From contig NC_090403.1 in assembly GCF_036365525.1 (NCBI RefSeq), positions 31,567,461-31,631,460 of the forward strand: a stretch of 64,000 nt of DNA, read 5' to 3'. Positions 1-14,232 of the stretch are shown in pieces (the first letter of the stretch is position 1; each line of letters opens with the position of its first letter). Origin of the DNA: Heterodontus francisci. Lineage: Eukaryota. The translations under genes and the position numbers were made by a program. The notes below the pieces were generated by a model. That model did no database searches. It saw nothing but the letters and a program-made list of their open reading frames with translations, and was not told the DNA's origin.

Positions 1-75
1 ATGGCTTTTTACTGTTGACTTTCTCTTCAATAAGACACGCACTTTGTGGTTGAAATTCATTTGTGTGATACCAGG

Positions 76-228
76 TTTTTTTTTATTCATTCATGGGATG
101 TGAGCATCACTAGCAGGGCCAGCATTTATTGGAGTTCCCTAATTGCCCTTGAGAAGGTGGTGGTGATGAGCCACCTTCTTGAACTGCTGCAGTCCATATG
201 GTTGCAAGTATGTCCACGGTGCTGTTAG
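76..228 (-). mobile_element. 3' end fragment of the tRNA-headed CR1-group LINE family
   Basis: Reverse complement matches 47260-47400 (ccctaattgcccttgagaaggtggtggtg..., catgggatgt, T-rich tail). Confidence 0.8.
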
Positions 229-860
229 TACGCAATGGATTAAAAAGTTGGCATGAAATTCTGCTGGCGGCTGCTTAATAAAAGAGGTAACTGCTTTAAA
301 ATGCCTTTGTTAAAATAGTGGTATTTTATACGAATGCATCTGTTGCCAATATCCCACAGCATGACTTCATTCTAATCATCATTGGACTCCTCGCACAGCC
401 TCTCTTCATTAGGGACTGTAATCAAGGGCACTGCAAGATGTGAAGGTGGAGTCATTGTAAAAAGCAATCCAACTTCCTGCAAAGTGATGTTCCTGCAGAG
501 TAATTTTTCTTAACTGTTCCTCAGAGGAAATCCACTTTGATATTGGAAAGAAGCCCTGGGAATGTTATTTCCTGCTTCTTGCTGCATGTCTATCTCAGAA
601 ACTGAAAGTGACAGCAACAGGAATCCTCTGAAATTCCAAAAGTATCTCATGCTGACCTCAGCTGGCACTAAATCCATTTTGGGTCATCTTTCGCGTCTTG
701 ATAATGGATTGCTGTCCAAAAATCTGAACAAGGCACCTTAATGCCTTGGTTAGTAAATGCAGATACATGAAATGGCCCATACAGATAAAGAAAGTTCTAG
801 TTTTGTCTTGCCAAGATCCCAGCTAGAGTATCAGTGATACAATTGGTCCTCGTGCCTTAG

Positions 861-1160
861 AAGGATATATTGACTTTGGAAACGGTGCAGCACAGATTCA
901 CCAGAACGATACTGAAGCTGAAAAGGGTTAAATTATTAACCAGGTTATGTAGACTAGCTTTATATTCCCTCGAGTAAAGAAGATTAAGGAGTGATCTAGT
1001 TGAGCTGTTTACGATGGTTAAAAGGAGTTATTAACGAAGATAGAGAGAAACTATTTCCTCTGGTTGGGGAATAGAGCATAACCTTAAAATTAGAGCCAGG
1101 TCATTCAGGGTGATGTCAGAAAGTGCTTCTTCACACAAAGAGCAGTGGAAATATTGGCAT
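861..1160 (+). mobile_element. Decayed CR1 LINE, ORF2 C-terminal fragment
   Basis: Degenerate coding for DI.LE.VQ.RFTR...LYSLE.RRLR.DL.E, typical of the vertebrate CR1 ORF2 end. Confidence 0.7.
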
Positions 1161-1490
1161 TTTAACAACCAAGTGGCCAACTATTGCTGTCACATATGTA
1201 GGCATGCATGAGAGTGCCAGGAGATGAATAGGACCCACAAATGGATTCAATAATCGACTAATTATCTTATTGACCCAGCTGGCTATGCCATGATGGAGTA
1301 GTTTACATGCACTTGAACCAGTCATTAAGATCATGTTCAACCAGAAGGCTGCTGGCATCACGACAACAGTAAAACAAACAGGCAGATGTATTTTAACCTT
1401 TTATTTATTGGATGAGCAACATGCAATTCATATTAACGGAAACATTTAATCCATGTGAATTAAGGCTCATTTGTGCATGGTGTCTTGCAG

Positions 1491-1637
1491 ATCCACTGCC
1501 TCAGTTCCATGCAGCTAACTTAGCAACTCCGAAGGAATATTTAATCACAAGAATTATCAGTTTGCACAATCCTTCAAAAATATCATTTGGAAATTTGTGC
1601 TCCCTGCATTCCATCATCGAAAGTGCAATGATAGAGT
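1491..1637 (+). CDS. Candidate internal exon of an unidentified gene (xPLPQFHAANLATPKEY...SAMIE)
   Basis: tgtcttgcag acceptor, gtgagt donor, 147 nt open, phase 1-1; phase-compatible with 3664-3701. Confidence 0.35.
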
Positions 1638-3663
1638 GTGAGTACTGAAATTCCTATGTTACTTTGTAAAGTCCTTTGGGATAGACGACATCTTTCCAAA
1701 CATGTTTTCAAAGGTGGTGCAGTGTAATTAGATCACTTGCCTTTTCCCTTCTCGAACCAGAGTTAAATTTCACCCCAGTTGGATAAACGTCTCCTCTTTC
1801 AGATCGCCACAAGACACCTGAGTAAAAATGAGTTTGAGTCATCTCACTCCAGTTCCTAATGGGATCCACGTAAGTAATCTTAACAGATTCTCCTGGCATT
1901 TGAACAATGGAGCATTCCAAACTTCCTGCTCAATTCAGTAACTTGGCAATAAAGAGGCTGCAATGCTGCCAAGAGCAAACTGGAATGGACTCCAAACAAC
2001 ATCCCTTGGTTGGTCATCTCCTGTGCTGAAGAGAACCCAGTGCAGTGAAATCAATGGCCCATTTCTCCACTTTGGATGGGTTAGGGTCATATGAAGTTCC
2101 TTCAGAAAACAGCAGGGCCCAAAGACTATGCATAAGGGGTTTACAGCAGGCACCAGACCTACAGAACAGTAAATTTGATGCAATCTGCTCCTGGTACAGA
2201 TTTGAAGAACAAATGCCAATATTTTTGGTGCAAAATAATTCAGTTACTGCAGCATCTGCCAACCCCATATGCCCATTCACATTGAATATTCTGCACAGCC
2301 TCACAACCTACACTGCTAAAGCTGACCATTAATCCAGGGAACAATTGGATTGATCACTTGACTCAGAACCCTATATAAAGGGAAGCATCTTTGGAGACTG
2401 TTTTAGGGCCCAGTGATAGGCAATGATCTTAACTCTATATCCGACCCATAGTATGCCTAACTTGGAAGTGCTTCATGTCAACTAATGCAAATAATGAAAA
2501 TGCTTTCTATTCCCCAGTCACTAACATTTTTAATCTTGATGGGCACAAGAATTCACAACTAAAAGGCTTTAAAATAATACAAGGTATGGATAATGCTGAA
2601 GTAAGCAAACTATTAAACTTGAACAATGATCATAGAACTAGAGGACACCAGCACACCATTCAAAACCTTTGAGCAAGATTAAGATTAGAAAACTTGTTTT
2701 ACCACAGACTCCCAAAGCATGTAGTTGAATTCACAAAGATTGGTATCTTTTGAAGGCATTTGCAGTATTATCTGTTGAGAAGTGGATTTGCAGGTCATAA
2801 AGAGGTTAATATTACTATATTTTTTCAGGAAGTAGTAGAAGGAACTTAGTGGTATAAATGTTATATTGTTGCATTCATTTTAAAGGCTTAAAAGGGTTAA
2901 TCGATCTGGCAGGGCAGGGGCCTGCACCCAGTCTACCCGGGCCTTTAGGCCACTGGTAAATTAGTCAGGGCCTTGTCAACCTCCTGAAATGAGACTCGTG
3001 CACACATTTCAGACCCTGACTAGTAAATCAGTTCACCCTAGTTGGATCTTGTGATAAACTAGTTCTTATTGTCAGTTCCAGGCCTTGAGCTGCCAAACAT
3101 GCGGTCCTTTAAGGGACCACTGGAGGCCACTCAAAAAACACCCCCTAAATGTTAGCGTTTTATGGAGTCAGCAGGAACAGGAGTGTTCCTTCTAGCTTCA
3201 CATACAATTGAGTTGCTGCTGGTTCACCCCTTCCTCACCTCTTTCCGCTCTTAGACATACCTCCGGACCCTGGTGAGTGGTGAAATTGGTAAGGTCCCTA
3301 CAGGCAAGCTACTTTGGGGTGCCTGATTTATTTTGTGAGGCCCGAGGATGAATTTACTTTAGTCCTTGGTGCTCTCTATTCCAGTGCATTGCTGGCATTG
3401 CGCCTGGTTTGTGGCTCTAAGTTATTCAGGCCCCTTAGTGTTCCATACAGTAGGGGATCCTGTGGTGGTGGTGAAGGGACAAGGGCTGGGGGGGATGTGA
3501 TGGTATCTCCATGACAGGAGAATCAGCCATGGACTCTGGATGGAGTGGGATTGATGAGTAAAATGGTCTTTTTTTTTGTTCTGAACTGGTTTCTAAAATG
3601 ATTACACCACAATAATAGAACTAAATCCATGTTCCTTCTTAATGTTTTCCTTTTTTTTTCTAG

Positions 3664-3701
3664 ATATTTTTCCTCCTATTTTACCAGAGACTGCGCATGA
3701 G
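3664..3701 (+). CDS. Candidate small exon (xIFPPILPETAHE)
   Basis: Long polypyrimidine tract ending ctag, donor GAG|gtgagg, phase 1-0. Confidence 0.4.
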
Positions 3702-4647
3702 GTGAGGCAACTGTCATCTGTACTTTGCCCAATCTCTGAATGAGCTGGTCCTGCTCCAACACCATTCTGCACCGGAAGTGGGGCAGAAACCAACGAGAAA
3801 TTTCCCAGACTTTGTCTTTTTTTTTTCCATCTAAAAGGAGATTTCACAACTTTATTGTGCCAAAACGCAGTTACATCAGTAAGGAAAGGGTGCACTCCAC
3901 CCTGCTTTACTCTCACAAAATAATTAAATTATGCAAGTTTGTACTACCCATGTCATAACTTGAGTCGCCCAGAGTGGAAAGGTCCCAGATTGTGGTCCGA
4001 ATCTCAGTTGGGTTCACTGGGACCGTAGTGGGGATCCTGTCACTTGTCCTAGTGATGTCCTGGTAGAGAGAGAGTCCAAATTAAACCCTCCCTGCTTGAA
4101 AGCACCTGCCTCCACTCTGTGGTTCCCAAGCCCCCATAAATCCCATCCCATGTCGGGGCTGAAATTGAGAAGTCAATGTGTGGCCAATCACAGATGCAAG
4201 TAAAAGAAACAGACACTGGCTTTTAAAATGCTAATAATGTAGATGTGAGTAGATTATTTAGCTTGGACTGAGGATAGAACTAGAGGGCAGGAGTATAACA
4301 GCAATCTGCCTCAAGTGAGACCAGTGAGTAGCAGGATAATTTTCCCTACAGGGATTAGGATCTGACTGTTAGTTAAAGCAGCAAATGTTGTTTTAGCACC
4401 TTTGAAAAGATGGAGAAAATATCTGGTTAGGAACAGGAGCAAGAGTCATATGGATCAATGCAGGTTGAAGTGATCGGATGTTGTGTAGAATATTATAGCT
4501 CCGGAATTGCTGGGAGCACAGAAATGTTAGGAGAAGGGGCAATTCTGCGTTCAGTTAAATGGGTGGGGCGAAGTCCGTTTGTGTGAATGGTCTGTGACAA
4601 GACTGGAGATAACGGGCAAGATGCCATTTTTTTTGCTGTTGAACACT

Positions 4648-4820
4648 TATTTTAGTTTAGTTTAGAGATACAGCACTGAAACAGGCCCTTCGGCCCACCG
4701 AGTCTGTGCCGACCATCAACCACCCATTTATACTAATCCTACACTAATCCCATATTCCGACCACATGCCCACCTGTCCCTATATTTCCCTACCGCCTACC
4801 TATACTAGGGGCAATTTATA
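4648..4820 (-). mobile_element. 3' part of HE1-like V-SINE / CR1 tail
   Basis: Closely similar to 60000-60140 (agagatacagcactgaaacaggcccttcggcccacc). Confidence 0.8.
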
Positions 4821-5208
4821 ATGATTATATCCTGGTCTCATCACTCAGTAATACAGACAATAGAATTACAGCATACTGCCCATTGTGTGACTTCACATAT
4901 TTTCAAACTCACATTGGCTGCTGCATTGAACGAGTGCCCCGTTTGCTGTTATGATCCCATAAAGCGGGTTTTAAACTTATGCAACACCTAACGCAGTCAT
5001 GAGTTGCATGTGTTTCAGCAATTGGACAAAGACGGTCAGTGTTAGGAAAGCCTTTTTTTGTTAATTCTACAGTTGCCAGACCACACAAGCGTAGCGCTTT
5101 GGGAGTCAATGTCATCAGTTTTCTGGTTGGGAGTCAAGAACTCAATATAAATTATTGAACAACCTCTTGGAACTCATGTGTTGCCTTTTGATTCTCATTC
5201 TTTTCCAG

Positions 5209-5226
5209 GTGGTGCACGTTGTTTAA
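5209..5226 (+). CDS. Candidate terminal exon (VVHVV*) with AATAAA near 5260
   Basis: ttctcattcttttccag acceptor, phase 0 fits 3664-3701, poly(A) signal about 35 nt after the stop. Confidence 0.3.
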   Translation: MVHVV

Positions 5227-7310
5227 GGAAAACAAACTGCAGTATTGTCACCAGAATTGAATAAAATGTCCTTAAATATTACAATCAATTCTTCACAGCC
5301 CGAGTTCATTGAAAGTTAGAAATCTCATTTACTAACATTTCCGATTATATATCCTCATCATTTACTGAATCGGCCAAAGCATGTTTTTACAGAGGGAACA
5401 CTTGATAAATCATGGGTAGACTAGCTACAAGAACTTGCAATCAGTTGACAACTGCATAGACCTATAAATGAGGAACTCGAACTTTGTTAGTTTGTGTAAA
5501 GCCAACTTACAAGGACTGTCCAACTGTGCAGTCTTTTAGAAACTGAAATGGAACACACTTTTTATACTGTTTCATTCAGAACTCCAACCATGCTTAAAGA
5601 ATTAGGGAAGGCATGGGGCATTTATGGGGGGAGGAGAAGAGGGAGAACATGAACCATCCCAAATAAAATAGGGATACATCCTTTTGTCCCCACCACCAGT
5701 GATATCATAACACATTCTCAAGCAGATTATTCTACAGATGGAGAAACTCTTTTTAACGCGGATATAAAGCCTTAATTGTAGAGAACTGGCCCACGTTGCT
5801 TCACAGGAACATAATCAGAAACCAACCGGTACCAAGCTAAAGAAGGAGATATGGGGGTGACTGGTCAAAAAGATAAGTTTTAAAAGGAGGAGAGGAAGGT
5901 GCGGCAGGATTTTAAAAAGCATAATTATTTGTGATTCAGAATTCACTTAGAGGTTGCACTATGTGCTACATTCCTATGAAGTTACTTTGCTATTTTAACA
6001 AGGTTGTTTAAAAATAAATGTTTCCATTAACATGGAGAAGGTAATTTCATATAAATGTGTTAAACATTAGCGCGCAAACATCTCAGCGTGTAATTTCTGG
6101 GCTGTTATTACTGCCGAGAAGGAGGGCCCAGTAGATAAGTAGCTGAAATAGGTAACGTTAATGGTTAGTGTCTTCAACCCAATTTTATCCACACGCTTTG
6201 TAAACTTGAAATAATGCTTATAACAATGATTGACCCCTAAACAACCCCTTTCATCAGATCATTGCCAGCCTGGTTGGCTTAGCTCAGGTCATTAGAAAGA
6301 GTGAATTACTGAGGCTTTCATCTGTAACAAATTAGGACTTTACAGATTTCCTTAGAGAATCAGTTGAAGTTAATAAAGCGAAAAATGAAATTTACAAGAG
6401 GTGGATTTCAGTTTCATCGTTTGAGAAGGGAAAAGATAAAGAAATTAAAACACATCGAATAAAACAAAGAGGAAAACAATGTCTGCATTTGGAAAAGGAC
6501 CCTTTGTTCTAATTTGTTCCAAGAACCTTTGACAAATATTCTCATGCAATTAGTGCAGTTCAAGGTCCTCTTGGTCAATAATCTAATCGGTTTTTTTTTG
6601 GTTCCACGCTCCAGGAAACTCACTCAACATTCATTAATGAGTTTCCACAGTGAGCCCCTGTCACAACTCATTCCATCCCTTGTTCCTTAATTACTGGTCG
6701 TCGAGGAACACCACAAGTTTCATACAGCCAACGGCAAACTGAGGCTAAAAACCCTGTATACTGTCAGGTTACACTTTACAGTATAGGGAATATTGATCTA
6801 TTGGTTCGAAAAGCGGGAGCACCATCCTCTGCATTTCTCATTTTACTGGAAGAAATTTCCATACAAGATAAATATCAGAAAACGCAAATTAAAATTGAAA
6901 GCCAAAAAAAACTATTCGGAAACTTAAGTTTATAAAATGCATTTTTATAACTTTGAAAGGGTTAGAAAAGTTGTTTCCTCCGATTTGTTCCCAAACCTGT
7001 TCAATGAGAGATTAGATTATTTCAGTTGCTATTTGACAGTAACACTACTTGCCTTTTGTAAACAGGATGGTAATGACACATAATTCCAACTGCAGCCACA
7101 CAGCCATCAAGTTTGGATGGCGATCCATTGACTAAGTTTAGGTCACTTTTCCCCCAGTTCACTGCACTTTTATCCAGTCGGAGCAGCGCCTCCGTCCCCA
7201 GCAAGAAACCCATGTAAACACCAGCTCCACTTTTTATTCTCAACTTTTTCCCTCCTCCAAGGCACTGAACTTTTTTTCTCTCTTTATCTCTTTGTTTCTT
7301 CCGCCGAAAG

Positions 7311-7435
7311 TCTGGCTAATTGCCACGCCAGAGCAGTCACAAGCAAGTTCTGAGTCGAGCAGATCCACGGATGATGCTAATGATGATGTCGAGAGAAGTT
7401 CACCTAGAAATAGCCCATCTTCACAGTCCTTGTGA
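7311..7435 (+). CDS. Candidate terminal exon, Ser/Asp-rich (xWLIATPEQSQASSESSRSTDDANDDVERSSPRNSPSSQSL*)
   Basis: About 30-nt pyrimidine tract then aag acceptor; CpG-containing open frame with protein-like low-complexity composition. Confidence 0.4.
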
Positions 7436-7734
7436 CATTGCAGCAGCAGCGAGTGGGATCGCTCCGAAACTTCCTGCTTTCACAGTGAAGCTCGGTGCTG
7501 CCCTCTCTCTTTAAAGATCGGCGGTGCTGATAACTTGACACTGAGGTGCTCATGAGCCAACACCACCAGAAAGAACAGGCATTTCTATAGGACCTTATCA
7601 CATCTTTCAGGAGGTCCCAGAGCCCTTCCAAAGGCAATGAATTACACTGAGGGACTGTGGCTGAATTGGCGAGCAGGGCAATTATTTTGTGAACAAAGCA
7701 GCAATGAAACAATCTGTTTTAATGACCACAAGTA

Positions 7735-7915
7735 CGGTGGAAGCGGAGACGATGAATGACTTCAAAAGTAAATTGGATGGCCACTTCAAGGAAATAAAGT
7801 TGCAGGGCTATGGGACCGAGCGGGGGAGTGGGATTGACTGGTTAGCTGTGGGGAGAGCCGGCATGAACCCGATGCGCTGAATGGCCACCTTCTGTGCCAT
7901 ATGTAACTCTGTGAC
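7735..7915 (+). mobile_element. CR1 LINE 3' end
   Basis: FK.KLD.H motif followed by the gctgaatggcc..ttctgtg CR1 tail. Confidence 0.7.
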
Positions 7916-9747
7916 ACTATGCTGTAGCGTTGTAATGTTTTGCAATTGCATTGTGCATTGTGTACTCTAGAGGCTGCTGTAGAACAGGTATGCTAGCAAA
8001 GAGAATAAAAAGAGAAGCCTTTGTGTTCAGCTGCTGCATTCTTTGTCCCTCTATCTTTGCCTCATATCCTATACCAAACTTGGTTGAACCCGACTCAAGT
8101 TCCAAGGATATTGTGGGATATTGGCCAGTGTACCCCTGTTCTTCTGCGAACAAGCAGACAGAGCCTCTGGTTAGAGTCTGGTTAGCAGGGAAAAGAAAAC
8201 CGTATTGCAACTCAAGTATTGTATGAAGCTTAAAACTCAACAGTGGAAAATAAAGTGTTAAGAAATCAGCCAGGACTCCCACTATGGATCATCCAGTGAC
8301 CCCTGCTGGAAAGTGAATACAAAACGGACGTCAAGTGCAAATTGGATTCGGCTAAGGTATGATGCCCCCATGACTGAATAGGTTCCCAACACTCACAAAT
8401 GAAAAGTTGAATTAGTTGATACCTGTAGAACTGTTCTGTTACACAAATCAGCACTTTAGGAGGGGATGGAGGGAAGAGAAAATTGAAGAAGGAAAAAAAT
8501 TATAATCTGTCCTGTAAAACTAGAAAATTCTTTGCTTGGTCATGGGGGTAGCACATGGAGATTCCTTCCCTTCCACCTCCAACAGATCTTACCCACACTG
8601 AAACTGCTGTGCGAAAATGGTGTCCTAGGCTCAATGGATTTTCACTTAACAATTGCCCAGTTTTTGAAACATACAAAACCTACTAAAAATGTCGAGGTGA
8701 GAACTCCAAATAACTGTAGTTACCCTTTGATAATGCTGCTCTTTAGATAAAACTGACAAATTTGGCATCTTTTGAGTGCTTTTTTTTGAGAAACATAGGC
8801 TTTCATGTAAGCAATTGAAGGTCGTTTTGTAGGATTTTTTAAGCAACTGTGTTCTTTCAGTTCAGAAATAGAACTTTTTCCCTTTTGCCTCTGTAATGCA
8901 CCTTGGGATGTTTTTCTATGATAAAGATGCTATGTTTATAAAGTTGTATCTGGTCAGTATTAAAAGAGGATTTAAACTGGACAAAGCGTTTTATTCATAG
9001 ATAGTGCAACCAAATTGAATACTAGGGTCAATTGTGCAAGGCCAATGTGGCAGCAGTCAACAACACTGAACCAAACAAAAAACTCTTTTTAATTATCTGT
9101 GGTGCCAGCAGCCATCTCTCCTGTGGTTGAGCTGCCCCTCTCTTCCCCTCTCCTCTCTTCAATTCAAAGCACCACCTATGGGGCTTGTTCTCAAAACTCA
9201 GCAGCCAGATTTTCATAGATATGTAAACAGAAAAGAGAAACACCATATTGGATATCTGACCACACCAACTGATGTTATTTTGATATTTTTGTTTTAATCA
9301 ATCTGTTCTATCTTTTGAACATATTGTTGACTTCTTGCACAGAAGTAACATAGCATTGCAGACACAGAGATGGCTTAGAGATCATCCATCCATTTAAAGT
9401 TACTACCTCAGATAAAAACAATCAATTCTATATTATTTTTATTTAACCACAATAACATTTGATTTACCTGTAATATGGTTGAGGTGAGATGAATTGGTGC
9501 ATTAGGTTTGTTGTCATGGCTGAACGTACATTGGGAGCAATACATATTTAACAATTGTACCAATTGCACAGCTGTAGAATTGGGATTGGGAAATTGTGTG
9601 AATAGGTCTTTCCACATATTGGGCCTAATATTCCTGGGATACTCGTGATGCAATGGTACTGTTAAACAGCAAGGTGGGGTGGAATTTAGAGCATGGCTGA
9701 GTTACACAGGGTCTCCATCCCGATTTTTGTCCACATTTATCACTCAA

Positions 9748-9900
9748 CCAACGTCACTAAGACAGATTATCTGGTCATGTATCCTTATTGCTCTTTGTGG
9801 AATCTTTCTGTGCCACGGTTCCCTACATTGCAACAATGACTGCACTTCAAAAAAAGAACTGCATTGGTTGTAAAATGCTTTGGTGTAAGGTTGTGAAAGA
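9748..9900 (+). mobile_element. Deu-domain SINE 3' fragment
   Basis: Matches 31070-31220 (acagattatctggtcat...tacattgcaacaatgact). Confidence 0.65.
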
Positions 9901-12900
9901 TCTTTTTCTTTCATTGAAATTTCCACTGAAAGCAGGGGTTAGGCACTGCTTACACCATTCCCCACTCCCCACCACCACCACCCCCATCCCACCCCCATGC
10001 AGACATCACTGAAAAAGGCAGGACTGATGACTGAGGGGATAATGCCCATCTGTGAAAATTCCTGCCAGTTTCACTTCATTTACCCTTACTTTAATGCATT
10101 CCAGAATAAAGCAGGCATACTTTTTTACCGGAGTCCGACGCTGGCTGAGCTGGTGCCTCTTGTAATTTAAAGGGCTGATTTCCCTATAACATTTGATCAT
10201 GGAATGATTGATTGCATTGAGAAAACTGCAAATTCAGAATCTGGCCTGCACAAAATATTTTTGCACCAATTCTTTTCCCTGAAATTTTCTGTATGGCAGC
10301 ATTTTGCTTGTTTTGAACATTTTGTGTTCTAGCCTCATTAAAGTCCCAGAATTGGTGAAAACATATTCAGCTGAATACTTGTAATTTTCCAGCTTTTAAG
10401 CAAGGATGACACTTTTTCCATTTTAAAATCCATTTGAACCGATGCAAGGGAACTTTCAGATACAGTGGAGCTCTTAAAAGGGAACAGACTTTGTATTTTT
10501 TTCTGTTACAATATTTGCAGTTCTCTTTTAGTTTTCTAAATCAGCAAACTTTTATTAATTCTGAAATTTTTATTTTCGAATCAATCTTACATGATGTTAT
10601 GCAGATGGAGTCATGGCCATGTGTAGTCTACAGGTGAAGCAGGGTCAGAGGGCAGGGAATATTTGGAACAGAGCACACTAACATAATTCAGTCCCCATTT
10701 TAAAATCACACATTCTGTTTTTATTTTATATAACACTATGATTTATGGTTGAATATCAAAACCTACCTAATTTGAGAGGTAGAGAAGTAGAATTAGAAGG
10801 AGCAAGGAGATGCAAAGCTTTAATATTTCTGCTAAATGAATAGAAATTGAAAATCTTTGCCCTTTATATTTGTCCCTGTTAACAAAGCCATCTTAGGTGT
10901 AGATTTCTGTTGTGAGAATTTAATTTGCCTAGTTTGGAGATAACTGATCTGTAATCCAAATCATACAGTCCCTTCAGCTTCACAAGTTGTACAACTCCGA
11001 CTGTTTGTGGAATCACAATATTATCACTATCAAAGAGTTTAAATCTCTCATCACTGATAAAGGAACACAACTTACACAACTGAAAACACTCATACAAAAT
11101 GTCACTGTACAATTGGACTCAGCAATGTCAGAGGTACGCCAAACTTGGGTTTGGTAAATGTTTTCTTGTGATAGATATGTGCGTACGGTAATTTAGCAAT
11201 GTCTTTTTTTCTCTCTTTTTTAGTTACCTAGAATTGTGCTCCATTCTCCAATCTGATGTTGACATCTGCTACTCCCCGACTATGCCCTCTCAAGTGATGG
11301 AGCAGATGTCTGGGTTTCCCTCCTTGCTCCCTTTGTGTTCACCTAAAGGGTAAAGGGCCAGGCCTGTGAGCAAGTGCCTCCTCTTAGTAACGGTCTTCAA
11401 GTCAAGCTGTCATATCAGCAGCAAGACATGTAATTGTGGAGGGACCCTAATTAATTCCCTTTATTGTCATAACTGTATAATTATGATTGCTTTGGGGGGG
11501 GGGGGAAATATAACATAGAGTGCTTTGTTTTTTCAGTTTGTTGAGCACCATACTGTTTATTCTAGCCCCGAATATATGAGGCATTGATGCAAAATTTGGG
11601 CACGTCTCGCCAAACACAGTGTATGTTTTATTTTCTTATCAAAAAAAAATCTACTTGGGATGATCTAAGCTAACTAATCATAATTTTCTGCTCCATCCCC
11701 CTTTTTCAGACATAACAAAAATATTATTGCAGCCTAGAAGTGTCTCATGTTTTTTTGGCCTATTTTAATAGAGAATGTGCACCAAACCAGCCGACTCCAC
11801 CAGAGTCAATGGAGAAGCATTTTGGTCAGTACTGACTTCGGTTGTCTCTCATTCTTCAGAGACCCGCTTTGCTGACACTTTAAAATATTCACATCGTTAA
11901 TCTAAAACTTTCTGGAATCAATTAATCTTCCTCATTTAGTTGTCACGTGTGAGCTCGTTGTTGGGAATATTCAGAGGAATGATTTGTGTGATTTTAGCAG
12001 CAATAGTGAATGGGAAAATATAGCCTAGTGTCTGATTTAAAATTTTATGTATAGGGTCGGGGGGTGAAGGAGAATGTACTGGAACTGTGTTTGTATCATC
12101 AAAACAAACAATTTCACGTGTATTTTTAGCCTCTTGCTGCAGTACAGAATGTGAACTCCACTCATAATTTAACTGTGGTGTCAGTAAGGACAAGTTAAAA
12201 TCAGCATCTACAATTGCAGGGAGCACCTCACTCCCCAGTTTTTTTTTGATTCTTTCTTGCTTGTGAGATTTCTTCCAGCTGCTGATGCTAATTTGGAACA
12301 TTGAAAACACTTTCGGAGATTAGAATGACAGCAACTGATTTTGGGTTGAGGAAATCTTGACCAAACCAACAATCAACCCTCAATTCAGAACCTGTGACCA
12401 CTGTCACTAAGGGAACACATACAAAAGAACTCTAATTACGTTACTTAGGAGCAATAATCTCCACATACATATACAGCGAAATTAAAGGTCAAATGCATCG
12501 GAAGTGAGTGGTTCACTGCTTAAGAGTCCCTATGTTTAATGAGACTATTTTAAGTGGTGATGCAAACCCAATAATTTTATTGATGCCCGATTGGAACAGA
12601 GGAACCAATCCTGGCAGAATTTCCACACTGCAAGGAAAATGACAATTTATACTGTATAACCAGCAAGTATCCACTAATGTTACTCATTGTGTTGCAGAGA
12701 ATTGGCAGTTTCATCCCAATAGGGGAGTTTTGCCCTGTAACACACAATGTCAGAGCCACTGATTTATGGTGACTGAATATGTCTGTTGTGTCAAATCAAC
12801 AAAGTGTGACAGCAAAATGTGTTACAGGAAGTAAGTATGACAGTGCAAATGAACTCTGTACACAACACCTTTTGTACATTATAGCTAGCACCATCAGAAA

Positions 12901-12909
12901 TAGTATTTT

Positions 12910-14232
12910 AAACAATATGTCTATCTATTTTTAACATGTAATATTAAGCATCAAGCACATCTATCCATCTTTAACATTGTTACGATCCCATGAGGGACCT
13001 TTAACTTTTAAAAAGAGAAAGTTGAATTCCCAGTTATTACTGAAAGAATTATCCACAAGATTTCACATTTCAAACAAAAATTTTACTGTACAAGAGTTAA
13101 ACAAAGCAATCCACTACTAAATTAACACTACAATTTGGAAACATTTATACTTTAAACTTAAAATCTTAACGGAACATGAAGGCATATGCTTTAATCTCTA
13201 AATCCCAATAGAACACTCCTTTTTGACTGTTACTTCCACCCCATTAGTCCCTTATACTTTACAAGATCTTTATGGTTTGTTCACTTCTCCTGGGACCAAT
13301 CCAAAGTTTACCACAGCTCTTAGAAATTCACTTTGATTTCCTTAGATTCTGAGCTGTCTTCTGAGGTATGAGATCATCTCCAAAATCTGGACATCCCAAC
13401 TTGAGTATGGGCCTGCCTCAAAACAGAAACACTCCTGGTTCCCGATGGCCTCTTTGCTCTTGAGTCCATCTGACTTCCACAAGCCAACTGCTTGTTTAAA
13501 AGCCAACTGAGTCAGAAAGCACCTGAAAAACAAACCTGACCCAAAAGTCATCACCCTGGCAACTTCTATCCCCACAGCAATGTGGTGCATGTTGGATGTC
13601 CCAGATAGCAATTTAAACTAATTATTTCCAACTCCAAATCTTCTCTTTGTTCTAGGAAATCATATGAATAATTTAAACGCCTGACTGAGGTAGCTGCAGA
13701 CACACAGTCTCCATCAACAAGTTAAGAGGGGTTCCCATTGTGTAGGGGGTCTTTACACTTCCCAATATGACCTTGCTAAATAAACACAGGCCACCCTTTG
13801 ATTTGTAACCACCCTAGGTTTGTTTGCCAGCTTCTCAAACTAGGTGTTTTCATTTGTCTTGCATTAAAAAAATCAATTCCTAAATTAAAAGTAACCTCTA
13901 GAATATTGATACAAACCATGAACCAGGTGATTATACCAATATGTAATATCAAAAACAAACAGAACTATCCATCTTTAACATATGTTAGATCAATTGGCAA
14001 ACACATCTATCTTTAACATGTAATAGCAAACAGCAAAAATAGTTACCCAGCTTTCACACATAATCGCAAACATGGCTATCAATCTTTAATACATGTTATA
14101 TTAATGGTTAAATACATCTATTTTGAATATGTAATATCAAAGGTCAAACATGTCTATCCATATTTATCATGCATTATGAAGCAGTAAACATGTCTAGCCA
14201 TCTCTAACATGGAATGTCAAACAGCAAGCATG
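12910..14232. repeat. Degenerate ~40-bp minisatellite, interrupted by an insertion at 12978-13938
   Basis: Recurrent unit like acat(g)tctatccatctttaacatgtaatatcaaacagcaa on both sides of the insertion. Confidence 0.65.
12978..13938. mobile_element. Probable solo LTR
   Basis: TG...CA ends with imperfect inverted termini (tgttacgatc / gattatacca), flanks ACAT/ATAT; removal restores the minisatellite unit tttaacat|gtaatatcaaa. Confidence 0.55.

Noticed and set aside
1803-1869. Exon-like segment with good acceptor and gtaagt donor
   Set aside because: Stops in all three frames from the acceptor; cannot join the candidate coding chain.
12910-14232. Repeats of ~40 bp (and 18 bp at 40689-40817) as a CRISPR array
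   Set aside because: Units are tandem and degenerate with no unique spacers, no cas genes, and the context is vertebrate.
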